Shown here: positions 1-8,747 of the stretch, one piece after another
Layout of the letters: each line of letters opens with the position of its first letter
Position numbering within the stretch: the first letter of the stretch is position 1
Position numbers and translations under genes: made by a program
Notes under the pieces: generated by a model
Databases searched by the model: none
What the model saw: only the letters and a program-made list of their open reading frames with translations
What the model was told of the DNA's origin: nothing
Virus record (IMG/VR): IMGVR_UViG_3300013131_004609
Coordinates: 4,751 to 68,750 of that record
Length of the DNA stretch: 64,000 bases
Strand: one strand, 5' to 3'
Source: a virus

Positions 1-64
1 CGTTACAAGTCACCGAGAAAATTTTACCATTTTTACAAACTAAAATTAGAGTCAGGAGGCCACC

Positions 65-460
65 ATGGCGAACGGAATGAAGCAAGTGATACTTGTGCGT
101 AAGGACCTGAAGATGAAGAAATCTCAGGTGGCCTCCCTGGTGGCGAAGGCGTCCACCGAGTTCTTCCTCGCGAACGATGAGTCCGATCGCGGAGATGAGC
201 TGACCGTGAAGTTAACGCCTGAAGAGACGGACTGGATCAACAGTGGGTCCATTCGTGTCGTGCTGGGGGTCAACTCTGAAGATTCGCTGAGGTTGCTCGG
301 GATGCGAGCCGAGATGGCAGGACTTCAGTGTTACCCAGTGCAAGGCAAGATCTTTGAGGACACTGTGGATGACGGCATGTCCGAGACCCTCTGCATCGCC
401 ATCGGACCCGACGTTTCTTCAAGGATCGACAAAATAACAGGCGACTTAAAGCTGTTGTAA
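65..460 (+). CDS. Peptidyl-tRNA hydrolase 2 (PTH2)-fold protein, catalytic residues degenerate
   Basis: KQVILVRKDLKM, W..SG..RVVL and CIAIGP...IDKITGDLKLL match the PTH2 family; the GK, QxxH and DAGxT motifs are replaced. Confidence 0.8.
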   Translation: MANGMKQVILVRKDLKMKKSQVASLVAKASTEFFLANDESDRGDELTVKLTPEETDWINSGSIRVVLGVNSEDSLRLLGMRAEMAGLQCYPVQGKIFEDTVDDGMSETLCIAIGPDVSSRIDKITGDLKLL

Positions 461-484
461 AGTCTCTCCCGCGTGGAGTATAAC
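455..484 (+). promoter_or_regulatory. Sigma70-like promoter upstream of the tRNA/TilS unit
   Basis: TTGTAA (455-460), 18 nt spacer, TATAAC (479-484), just upstream of the tRNA at 496. Confidence 0.45.
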
Positions 485-495
485 ATACACATCAA

Positions 496-577
496 GCCGC
501 TCTGGTGGAACTGGCATACACTCCGGATTCAAATCCCGGCGCCGAGAGGCATGTGGGTTCGACTCCCACGGGCGGCA
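496..577 (+). tRNA. tRNA-Leu(CAA)
   Basis: Acceptor stem GCCGCTC/GGGCGGC, anticodon arm CCGGA-TTCAAAT-CCCGG, long variable arm GCC-GAGA-GGC, T arm GTGGG-TTCGACT-CCCAC, discriminator A, no encoded CCA. Confidence 0.9.
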
Positions 578-600
578 CGAAGAAACAACTTCTTCAACAC

Positions 601-674
601 GGAACGGTAGCGCAATAGGTTAGAGCCCCTGTCTCATAAACAGGTTTGTGTGGGTTCGAGTCCCACCCGTTCCA
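601..674 (+). tRNA. tRNA with CAU anticodon, probably tRNA-Ile2 (lysidine substrate); elongator Met not excluded
   Basis: Acceptor GGAACGG/CCGTTCC (paired 1:72, so not fMet), anticodon arm CCTGT-CTCATAA-ACAGG, T arm GTGGG-TTCGAGT-CCCAC; directly upstream of tilS. Confidence 0.9.
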
Positions 675-694
675 CAAATTCTCTACGAGGCAAC

Positions 695-1288
695 ATGCTG
701 AAGTTCATTGGTGAACTACCACGTAAGTGCACGATCGCCTTCTCAGGCGGCATCGATTCCGTGGTGATCTCAGATTTTCTGATGAACGGTAAGCGCGATG
801 TTCAACTCGCCTTCTTTCACCATGGAACGCTGAACTCGCAGCGCGCTGAGGAGTTCGTGGTGAAGTTCGCATCGGAACGTCGAGTTCCCCTGAGGATTGG
901 ACGGATTAATTCCGAGAAATCCCGCGGCCTTTCCCCTGAGGAGTTTTGGAGGAATGAACGGTATACCTTCCTCGATTCCCTGGGAGGTCCTGTGGTGACC
1001 GGACACCACCTGGGGGACGCGATCGAGACCTGGATCTTCACCTCGCTCCACGGGGAATCGAAGTTGATCCCGTATTCCAGGGGGAACGTGATCCGGCCAT
1101 TCCTCATCACTCCCAAGGAGGAGATTCGGGCCTGGGCATCGCGAAGGAACTTGTCCTGGATCGAGGATGAATCCAACACCGATCCGCGTTACATGCGCAA
1201 CCTCATCCGGATGGAGATCGTCCCGCAGGCCCTGAAGGTGAATCCTGGGATTGGAAAGATTCTTCGCAAGAAGTACTTGGCTTCTTGA
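695..1288 (+). CDS. tilS: tRNA(Ile)-lysidine synthetase, minimal catalytic domain
   Basis: PP-loop SGGIDS, RY.FL, GHHLGDAIET, RPFL, EDESN...YMRNLIR; ATG 695 after GAGG (ORF-track start 650 overlaps the tRNA). Confidence 0.9.
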   Translation: MLKFIGELPRKCTIAFSGGIDSVVISDFLMNGKRDVQLAFFHHGTLNSQRAEEFVVKFASERRVPLRIGRINSEKSRGLSPEEFWRNERYTFLDSLGGPVVTGHHLGDAIETWIFTSLHGESKLIPYSRGNVIRPFLITPKEEIRAWASRRNLSWIEDESNTDPRYMRNLIRMEIVPQALKVNPGIGKILRKKYLAS

Positions 1289-1339
1289 TCCAAAAATCTC
1301 CTCGCTTCGTTGTAGAATACTTACAATGTCGAGGTCAAA

Positions 1340-1861
1340 GTGAAGAAAGTAAGACTCAACCTGAAACGCGGTTCCAAACCGTGGTCATTCACGCTCTACG
1401 ACTCTGCCGAGTCTGCCTTCTACCTCAAAGACGAACCTCCTTATCCGGACGGGTTCGAAGAAGAGTATAGAAAAATAGTCTCCTTGCGCCCCGGTGACAT
1501 ACTCGAAGTTGAGTGGGTCGGGTCCGAGTGGGTCTTCGCGGATGAAGGCGAAGATTTTCTCTTCAACCCGATCACATTGTCGTCAACAGATTACGACAAA
1601 TACGACAAGGTCCGAGTTGGAAAGATCACCCCAGCCAAAGGCGCCGAGGAGAAGATGGGATACCTCGAGGTATACAGCGGTTGGATCTTTGGCGGGGACA
1701 TTCCGTGGCGCCCCAAGGACTCTCGAGACGGTCTTAAAATAACCGAAGTAAAAGACGCCGTTGTATCTAAATTCGATTTCCCGAAGTTATTCTCGGACCC
1801 CTCCATGGGCCTCCTGCAACAGGAGGAAGAGGAACAGCCCCTGTCAGGGGTTCTCAACTAG
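1340..1861 (+). CDS. Hypothetical protein
   Basis: 173 aa ORF with GAGG RBS and upstream ATACTTAC motif; no family recognised. Confidence 0.6.
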   Translation: MKKVRLNLKRGSKPWSFTLYDSAESAFYLKDEPPYPDGFEEEYRKIVSLRPGDILEVEWVGSEWVFADEGEDFLFNPITLSSTDYDKYDKVRVGKITPAKGAEEKMGYLEVYSGWIFGGDIPWRPKDSRDGLKITEVKDAVVSKFDFPKLFSDPSMGLLQQEEEEQPLSGVLN

Positions 1862-2439
1862 ACTTCTTCACGGTGCACGATGTGACGGGAGACGATCTTC
1901 ACACCTGGGTGTTTACCATTGAGGCCCTCCACGGCCTCCACGTTCTTGGGTGAGTCGTCGAAGAACTCGACAAACTTGACACCGTCTTCGACGATTCGAC
2001 GCTCTATGTAGTCCGCTTTCTTCTGCGGGTCGGACGATGCGAGCGCGATCACTTCTATCCTCGGTAGTCCTGCGTCCTCGAGGAACTGATACACAGGCGC
2101 CTGGGCTGCGCGGGCCGTGAGGATGACCACCTCGCCGCCCGTCCTCAGGATGTTTCGAAGTATCTTTCCCACCCAGACGATCTCTCGGGGGTCGATCAAC
2201 TTGGAGAAGTCTGAGTAGTCGAACTCGTCTCCCGGAAGTGGATCATAGACGGCGTATTCTCCCGGTGTGAGGTCGAACTTCTCTCCCCACTCGTTCGTGA
2301 CGTGGATCAAAGAACCTGTCTTCACGAGGGTGTCGTCGAAGTCGAAGACTCGAAGCTTCCTGACTTTGGCGTCCAAAGGTCGTCCCTCGGACAAAACGTC
2401 TCTGACGAATTCTCTGATGAGGTTCTTAAAGTTTTTCAT
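1858..2439 (-). CDS. HAD-superfamily phosphatase
   Basis: VFDFDDTL motif I, ILTAR motif II, K, FFDDS..N motif IV; ATG 2439 after GGAGG RBS. Confidence 0.8.
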   Translation of the reverse strand: MKNFKNLIREFVRDVLSEGRPLDAKVRKLRVFDFDDTLVKTGSLIHVTNEWGEKFDLTPGEYAVYDPLPGDEFDYSDFSKLIDPREIVWVGKILRNILRTGGEVVILTARAAQAPVYQFLEDAGLPRIEVIALASSDPQKKADYIERRIVEDGVKFVEFFDDSPKNVEAVEGLNGKHPGVKIVSRHIVHREEV

Positions 2440-2464
2440 CGTGCCCTCCCGATTTGTCGATCGT

Positions 2465-2746
2465 TTAAGAGTCCCAATAGCTGCCCGTCTCAAGAGCGAC
2501 TATAGTGACGTTGAGCTGTGACGATAGCCACGTGTAGATGTAACTGTCGTCATCCCCCCAGACGACGTAGTCGGATCCTGACAACACGTGTGCACCGGAC
2601 TCATAGTCACGAGAGTCCACACCATTCTCGCCCATTAGTGACCAGTCTATTATCGCTTTTTCTCCGAGATGGACAGAAATTCCTCTGACCACCATGCACT
2701 TTGCATTACCAGTTCTGTAGTTTATGGGTTCTATCTTCGCAAACAT
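2465..2746 (-). CDS. Small phage protein, possibly tail-fibre associated
   Basis: 93 aa; Y..WG.DD.YIY.W...QLN.T pattern typical of small proteins next to tail fibre genes (recalled, not searched). Confidence 0.5.
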   Translation of the reverse strand: MFAKIEPINYRTGNAKCMVVRGISVHLGEKAIIDWSLMGENGVDSRDYESGAHVLSGSDYVVWGDDDSYIYTWLSSQLNVTIVALETGSYWDS

Positions 2747-2823
2747 GAGTCTTCTTTCTAACGATGATTAACTATTTGAATTGATAATTGAAATATAATT
2801 AGCCTTTCTTCTGTCATAATAAT

Positions 2824-3057
2824 CTACAATAATTGACCTTCGGACTTTTTCCTCATTAATACCCTGTTTTTCATCTCTTCGATTCCGATAGAGACGACGT
2901 TGACCACGCTCAAATCAAGAGGTCCCGTCAATTGAAGTTCTGAGGGTGTTCCTTGGATACCTACCTGGCAGTCTGACGCGACAATTGTTCTCTTTGGTTT
3001 TCCATTCTCGTAGACGTATACAATTGACTCAATTTCTTTTTTTTTCGAGATTGCCAT
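2824..3057 (-). CDS. Short hypothetical protein, possibly a truncated virion gene
   Basis: 77 aa ORF at the end of the virion operon, running into an AT-rich segment. Confidence 0.4.
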   Translation of the reverse strand: MAISKKKEIESIVYVYENGKPKRTIVASDCQVGIQGTPSELQLTGPLDLSVVNVVSIGIEEMKNRVLMRKKSEGQLL

Positions 3058-3082
3058 TGAGATAACTTTGCTTTGGTGACTG

Positions 3083-5686
3083 TCAAGAACTTAGACCTAG
3101 TTGCTGAGTTGTAGCACTCACCGATTCAGTGTCTACGAACGACCTTCTATTTATCCCCCTCATCTCTTCTACAGTCCTGTGTTTCGGAACTAAATCGAAA
3201 TATGGCAGTGATGAAGTCACTTCAAAGCTCAAGTTTTGAGAAGTCGTCTCGAAAGGTGGGACGACCTGCGTGGCAATTGTTCCTACACCCCTCTGTGTTA
3301 TGATCGCTGTCTTCCTGACGAATTTGACTTCTACGACGGACTCGAGGAGACCAGATTCACTTACGTTCTGTTTCGGAAGAGTGGTTGTCAAGTCTTTGTT
3401 GAATCCTTCTTCCGATATCGCGTCGAAGTCCATCGGAGACGTGTTGACTTTCACAAACTTTGTGTATTGTCTCTGCTCGAGCATGTCTCTAAACTGTCCG
3501 TACTTGCCTCTCCTGAATATAACCTTAGTGTGTTGAGGCATGCCATTGACTAGTCCGTACTTCCATCCTCTGATCACAGGAGATACTCCAAACACATATG
3601 AGCTGTACATGTCTGATGTTCCTGACAGATGTAGACTTGCAACAGTCGGATTAACAGACCATGGACCGTCATTGAGTGCAGTCGATCTAAAGGTGGGATC
3701 GATCCTTCTATCTGTTAATTTGGCAGAATAGTCAGGAAGATTGTTGCTCCCTATCATTTGGCTTTTCTCAATATCGGCGAATGTATAGAATTTTAAGTTA
3801 TTGATGGCAGCGAAAGAGGGATTTGTAGTAGTGCTTGATCCGCTACTGTATTGCCAAGATATCTGCCACCTACCTGGTGGTAGAGGATAGTTTTTGTTAT
3901 AGATGGACCCTGTCAAAAAACCATCTTCCATGAAATCGTAAGTTTCCATGGCAACTAGTCCTCCGCCTGTTCCGCTTATCTGTTCTATGAAGATCATCGG
4001 AAAACCTGCCGATATTGTCGAAGGTACACCTGGTACGGCCGTAAAGACTACCGTTAATTTGTCAGAAGTAGCCGCACATATGGCCCTGTCGTAGCTAAAA
4101 GACCACGGATAAGAAGATGTTATGTCCAAAAAAAACTGAGAGAATTCTGACGACCCTAGAGCTCCTGAAGGTATTTCAGAAGGACCGTTCAAGTACTTAC
4201 TTGTAGCTGACACAAGTGCTTTAAAGTCCGTAGATCCTGACACCCATTTTATTCCCTTTGACGTGCTGTCGGGTTTTGATCCTGACTTAAAGAAGTAAAT
4301 GTTTCTATCTGACGAAGTTGTGGGTACTAATTCGTCATCTCTAGTACTGACTCTCCACGGTCTTAGTGTGTCTGAAATGCTTGAAAATGCCTGCCAGTTT
4401 AGCTCGATGTATTGGTCTTTGTAATTCGGTATTCCATATGTGTCTGTACCGTCAGAATAATCTTCAAAAGACTCGTTGTATGCAAGTCTCTTTTTCGTTG
4501 CATCATAGGTTCTTCTACCGTACGTTACATTATTCAGGTCTCCAAATCCGAACAAGAATTTTACTAAATCAGACGTGTACATAGAGCCAGTGACGTATTC
4601 GAGTCCGGGATCAGGAGCAGAATAGGGTGCCAGGTAGTCTACATGTGTGATTTTCTTCGATAAGTTTACATCGGACGAAAATAAAAGCGAATATCCTGTT
4701 TCCCTCTCAAGTGACTTATCGGCATATTCACCCACATTTATTGCAACTGTGCCATAACCTCCGTCGAGGAGTGTTTTTTGCCTGAGTCCGTTTATGAAGT
4801 TGTCAGCTGAAGTCTTCTTTTCTAGTAAACCTGGGACGATCGGAATGAAAGAATTTATGATTTTTTGCGGCGAGTTTCTTAAGTTGCTTAGAGAAATGTC
4901 GTCTCTTACTGAACTGGGGATGTCGGTGTCGTATGTCTTGTCAGTGACAGGAAAGCCAAAAAATCCTCCAGAAGCTGTCACTGTATTCAGCAACAGATCG
5001 TCTTTTTTTGGTGAGTCCCAGTTCAAAGTAAGAGTTCTGCTTCCTAGACCCAGTTGACCTTCTACCGACACAAGTCTTTGGACCTCAGAATACCTACTTT
5101 CATACGGAAATGATCTAGTCCAACCATTGAAGACAGTAGGATCTTTTAAGAATCCATCTGAAGACCGGTCTACTTCGATGGAATCAAATAACAAATAGCC
5201 CACACTGCTTGTTGTGACGTTGACATAAGGACTAAAAGCATTGACTTTATTCTCTATAGACCATATCTGTGATTCATTTCTCTTCAATATAGACGACATG
5301 TCGGGAAGACATGAGTCGTAATATCTCTCATTGTTGTCGTGACATTGGAGAATTCTGTAGGCAGTCCTCGAGACTTGCGAATTCAAAGGTTTTAGTCTAA
5401 AAGACAGACTCGGATTCTTGTTGACAGCTTCTGAACCGTATGTAGAGTTGAGAGGTTGTTGATTAGCAGCATAGAATTTGCTAAAGTACCTACCACGAGA
5501 CCCAGTAGTAAAAGTTACTTTAGAACCTCTTCCTACGATCTTATTTAGGAGAGAACCGGTGACGTAATCGTCCTGGGTGGATCCGTAGTACGAAGCCTCG
5601 TAGAAGATATCGAACTGATCTAGGACGGGATCGTTTCCGATGACGTCCGCCAAGGAGTTTGTGTATACAGATTCGTATATGCTCAT
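3083..5686 (-). CDS. Large Ser/Gly/Thr-rich putative virion protein
   Basis: 867 aa, ATGA overlap with the upstream gene, in baseplate operon, repeated [ST]GS. Confidence 0.65.
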   Translation of the reverse strand: MSIYESVYTNSLADVIGNDPVLDQFDIFYEASYYGSTQDDYVTGSLLNKIVGRGSKVTFTTGSRGRYFSKFYAANQQPLNSTYGSEAVNKNPSLSFRLKPLNSQVSRTAYRILQCHDNNERYYDSCLPDMSSILKRNESQIWSIENKVNAFSPYVNVTTSSVGYLLFDSIEVDRSSDGFLKDPTVFNGWTRSFPYESRYSEVQRLVSVEGQLGLGSRTLTLNWDSPKKDDLLLNTVTASGGFFGFPVTDKTYDTDIPSSVRDDISLSNLRNSPQKIINSFIPIVPGLLEKKTSADNFINGLRQKTLLDGGYGTVAINVGEYADKSLERETGYSLLFSSDVNLSKKITHVDYLAPYSAPDPGLEYVTGSMYTSDLVKFLFGFGDLNNVTYGRRTYDATKKRLAYNESFEDYSDGTDTYGIPNYKDQYIELNWQAFSSISDTLRPWRVSTRDDELVPTTSSDRNIYFFKSGSKPDSTSKGIKWVSGSTDFKALVSATSKYLNGPSEIPSGALGSSEFSQFFLDITSSYPWSFSYDRAICAATSDKLTVVFTAVPGVPSTISAGFPMIFIEQISGTGGGLVAMETYDFMEDGFLTGSIYNKNYPLPPGRWQISWQYSSGSSTTTNPSFAAINNLKFYTFADIEKSQMIGSNNLPDYSAKLTDRRIDPTFRSTALNDGPWSVNPTVASLHLSGTSDMYSSYVFGVSPVIRGWKYGLVNGMPQHTKVIFRRGKYGQFRDMLEQRQYTKFVKVNTSPMDFDAISEEGFNKDLTTTLPKQNVSESGLLESVVEVKFVRKTAIITQRGVGTIATQVVPPFETTSQNLSFEVTSSLPYFDLVPKHRTVEEMRGINRRSFVDTESVSATTQQLGLSS

Positions 5687-7389
5687 GGGATGTAACTGTT
5701 TCCTGCTCTTACATATGATCCGTACAAAGTTATGTTTATGGATCCTGTACTGAGCTGAACGTCGTGTCCTTGAAGTCCTCTCATGTCGTTATAGAAAGAA
5801 GAAGATATGAAGGATGGGATGCCGTATATGTCTGCATTTGGATCTGCTACTGTGTCAACATCAATCTTAAATGATCTAAAAGAAGGTCTATTTTTTGAGA
5901 CAGAAAGAATTAGTTTCTCTCCCGGGTAGAGGAGATAGGGAGAAGACTTGCTGGCTCCTAGGAAGATGTCCGATACGAAGTAGAAACTTAGAGGATTAGT
6001 AAAGAAGTTTCTCGTGTCCAGCTGAAGACTTTGCGTGACGTAATCGATCAAGGCTTGTCTATCTAGAACATTCTCTATGTAGAACGGATTTCTCATGGCT
6101 CCATCAAGTCTAAAGGATCCTGTGTTGGCCATCGTGTATTCTCCGCCAAATATAGAGCCACCACTAGGAGAGAAACCTGTCATTCCTCTTCCAAAAGAGT
6201 CAACGCCTATGAGGCCTACTTGATCACTTATGCTATCGTTGCCTGATTTGAAAAATTCTTCACTGAATTTTCTCGTGACCAAGTTTTTAAATTTCTGCTG
6301 GGGGCTCACGATGAAAGAAATAAATCCTCCCGCATAGTCTATTAATTTGCAGCCGTTAGTGATTGAAGCCGTTGATTTTATTTTTATGCTTCCCGTATGA
6401 AATCTTGTTAATCCGGAGTAGCTTGCTGAGACTACAGAGTCATAACTACCTGTGTTGAGTCCGACTGTGTTCGCGTACCAGTAATCTGTGCTGTTGTATC
6501 CATCAAATATTTTATTTAATTTTATTTCAAAAGTTGTGTCTTCTTCGTGCGTGATGACACCTTTGCTAATCATATCTCTAATTTTTCCTGTTCCATAGTT
6601 CTTCTGGGACATTAACGTCACTGTTAGAGCTGGTCCTCCTTGATCATACAGAGAAAAGATGTTCACAGCATTGTTCATTCCTGATGAACCGTTAAGTGTG
6701 TAGTCACCAAGTGAAGAAGTCGCGGTGCATAGAGTAGACTTGTCATAAAACCATCCGCTTCCAAAGCAAAATGGTATTTCTACCACGACTTTTTCAATTA
6801 AGAAAGGGTATTCGTTATTTGCGCTAAAAGTCTCACTAGGAGAAGCATCGAACTTCGAAGATCTCTGAGCACTCAAAGAATAGTTCTGTGAAGAAATTTC
6901 TCCTTGTTTGTCGAGATTAAAATTTTCTCCGCCGAGATTAAAATTTTCTTCCAATAATTTTTGAGTGGGGGTGTTGTCCTGCTCAGGAATTCTGTAGACG
7001 CTTAAGTCTCCTATTGAAAGATTTTGACCTCTAAAGTCGTGCATTAAATGATCTTCCACAAAAAAAGAACCATTCGCAAGACTTGAAGTCTTACCACCAG
7101 TATTCACACTAAAATTTTTGAAAGGACTTAGGCTTCCTGTAAAGTTTATTAGACTCGTCGGCAACGCCCAGGTTCCAGTCGACGAGTTAAAATAGTAAAT
7201 ACTGCTGCTGTTATGAATCATTGAAGTCTTAGAACTGACCGGGAATGTCAGTCTTATTACTTCTTTGTTTCTAAGTGAATTCGAGAATGTCTTTATGCTG
7301 TCTCCAACCGACGCATTCGAGCCTGACGCATAGAATGCGTCGTTTAAGTCTTGATCATGTAGACCATCTTCTACGAAAGATCTCGTCAT
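5683..7389 (-). CDS. Putative virion structural protein
   Basis: 568 aa, beta-rich, coupled by ATGA overlaps, repeated [ST]GS. Confidence 0.65.
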   Translation of the reverse strand: MTRSFVEDGLHDQDLNDAFYASGSNASVGDSIKTFSNSLRNKEVIRLTFPVSSKTSMIHNSSSIYYFNSSTGTWALPTSLINFTGSLSPFKNFSVNTGGKTSSLANGSFFVEDHLMHDFRGQNLSIGDLSVYRIPEQDNTPTQKLLEENFNLGGENFNLDKQGEISSQNYSLSAQRSSKFDASPSETFSANNEYPFLIEKVVVEIPFCFGSGWFYDKSTLCTATSSLGDYTLNGSSGMNNAVNIFSLYDQGGPALTVTLMSQKNYGTGKIRDMISKGVITHEEDTTFEIKLNKIFDGYNSTDYWYANTVGLNTGSYDSVVSASYSGLTRFHTGSIKIKSTASITNGCKLIDYAGGFISFIVSPQQKFKNLVTRKFSEEFFKSGNDSISDQVGLIGVDSFGRGMTGFSPSGGSIFGGEYTMANTGSFRLDGAMRNPFYIENVLDRQALIDYVTQSLQLDTRNFFTNPLSFYFVSDIFLGASKSSPYLLYPGEKLILSVSKNRPSFRSFKIDVDTVADPNADIYGIPSFISSSFYNDMRGLQGHDVQLSTGSINITLYGSYVRAGNSYIP

Positions 7390-8738
7390 AGTGTTCCTAG
7401 CCTTCTCTTTGAGCTCAAGATGCTGTCGCTCAGAGGAGTCTCGTAGAGACCCGATTTCACGCCTCTCGTTACTTTTATGCTTCCATTCTTAAAAAGTTCA
7501 CTCTTTACCGTGCTGTTTAGCTGAAGACTTGAAGTCAGTTCCAGAGGTATCATCACAGGATATTCTACAGTCTGGAAGTTGCTACCTGAACGAAATAGTA
7601 CTGTATTGTTGTCGTTGAATTTTGCGTCGGTCCTCATGTAACTCTCAGACTCCCTCAAGTCAAGCATCGTCTTTCTGTGTCTTCTATTGTCTCTGTTTTT
7701 CGAGTTCCACATGGAGTTTCTATAGGTCACAGAGTCAACACCTTGCTCTATGAACTCACAGTCAAATCCCGCCGTCGCTGACTTTTTCTCTTGGGTGACG
7801 TAGTTCTCGGAAAACCTCGACGCCGTCATGGACATCAGAGCTGCAGTCATCATCGATCCATAAGATGCACTTGGCTCTAAGTTTCTTGGGTAAATAAAGT
7901 CCTTGAAAGGCTTTAAGAAGTTCTCCTCCAAGTTGAAATAACCGTCTGGTGGTCCTACAGGCACAGATCCCGACGTTCCTGTGGAAATTTTTCTTACGTC
8001 GGATGCGTCCAAGAAGAAAGCAGAATTTCTGTCGGTGTCGTAGACGAATACAGACTCTACTGAATCGCTCGATAGTCTCCAATTCGTGTTGCCGTTTCCA
8101 AACTGCCCTTTGGTAGAATGAGGCTCGAAGGGAAAGTAGAGAGAGAAATTTGCTACTACAGGTCTTATGGAGAAAGGCTCTATGATTCCATTTAGAACTT
8201 CGTTCTCACGTTGATTGACGTCAGAAGTCACTATGGGATACTGAAAATTGTTCGACCCAGAAGACTTTTGAATGTATGCTATCGGGTCGAATACGTCTAG
8301 CTCGTAGTACGCGGCCGAAGCCGTGATAGGCATGCTATTGACGCCAAAGAAAGTATTCTCATACAAGTGACCTGCTGTTCCTGCTGTAAACTTTGCAAGT
8401 CCTGCAGTCCAGTGCTTGTTTTGTGTTATTTCTATTCCATTCTTGTAAGCGTCTATGCTTGAAGAAGAAAAGTAGTCAACGTTTGGTGAGAGTATCTTTC
8501 TCTGATTTCCTGACGGGTCTGTGTCTATTGAGCTAACTGCGTATACAGATGAGTTTGCAGAAGATTTATTTCTAAATGAGCTTTTGATAGCAAATAAGTT
8601 TATTGCTTGCGAGCCAGATGCGGCGGCCTCAAACCTGTCTTCGAAAGAGCTTTCATTACTCTTTTTGATTTGGTACGACGTGTTGTAGTAATTGTCGTCT
8701 CCCTGTATCGTTATTACACTGATGGTATTGTTGGACAT
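7386..8738 (-). CDS. Putative virion structural protein
   Basis: 450 aa in baseplate operon, Ser-rich. Confidence 0.6.
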   Translation of the reverse strand: MSNNTISVITIQGDDNYYNTSYQIKKSNESSFEDRFEAAASGSQAINLFAIKSSFRNKSSANSSVYAVSSIDTDPSGNQRKILSPNVDYFSSSSIDAYKNGIEITQNKHWTAGLAKFTAGTAGHLYENTFFGVNSMPITASAAYYELDVFDPIAYIQKSSGSNNFQYPIVTSDVNQRENEVLNGIIEPFSIRPVVANFSLYFPFEPHSTKGQFGNGNTNWRLSSDSVESVFVYDTDRNSAFFLDASDVRKISTGTSGSVPVGPPDGYFNLEENFLKPFKDFIYPRNLEPSASYGSMMTAALMSMTASRFSENYVTQEKKSATAGFDCEFIEQGVDSVTYRNSMWNSKNRDNRRHRKTMLDLRESESYMRTDAKFNDNNTVLFRSGSNFQTVEYPVMIPLELTSSLQLNSTVKSELFKNGSIKVTRGVKSGLYETPLSDSILSSKRRLGTL

Positions 8739-8747
8739 GGCTCTGGC

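Noticed and set aside
601-674. Initiator tRNA-fMet
   Set aside because: 1:72 is a G-C pair and the anticodon stem lacks three consecutive G-C pairs
650-694. N-terminal extension of TilS in the ORF track
   Set aside because: Overlaps the tRNA gene; ATG 695 has an RBS and starts the domain
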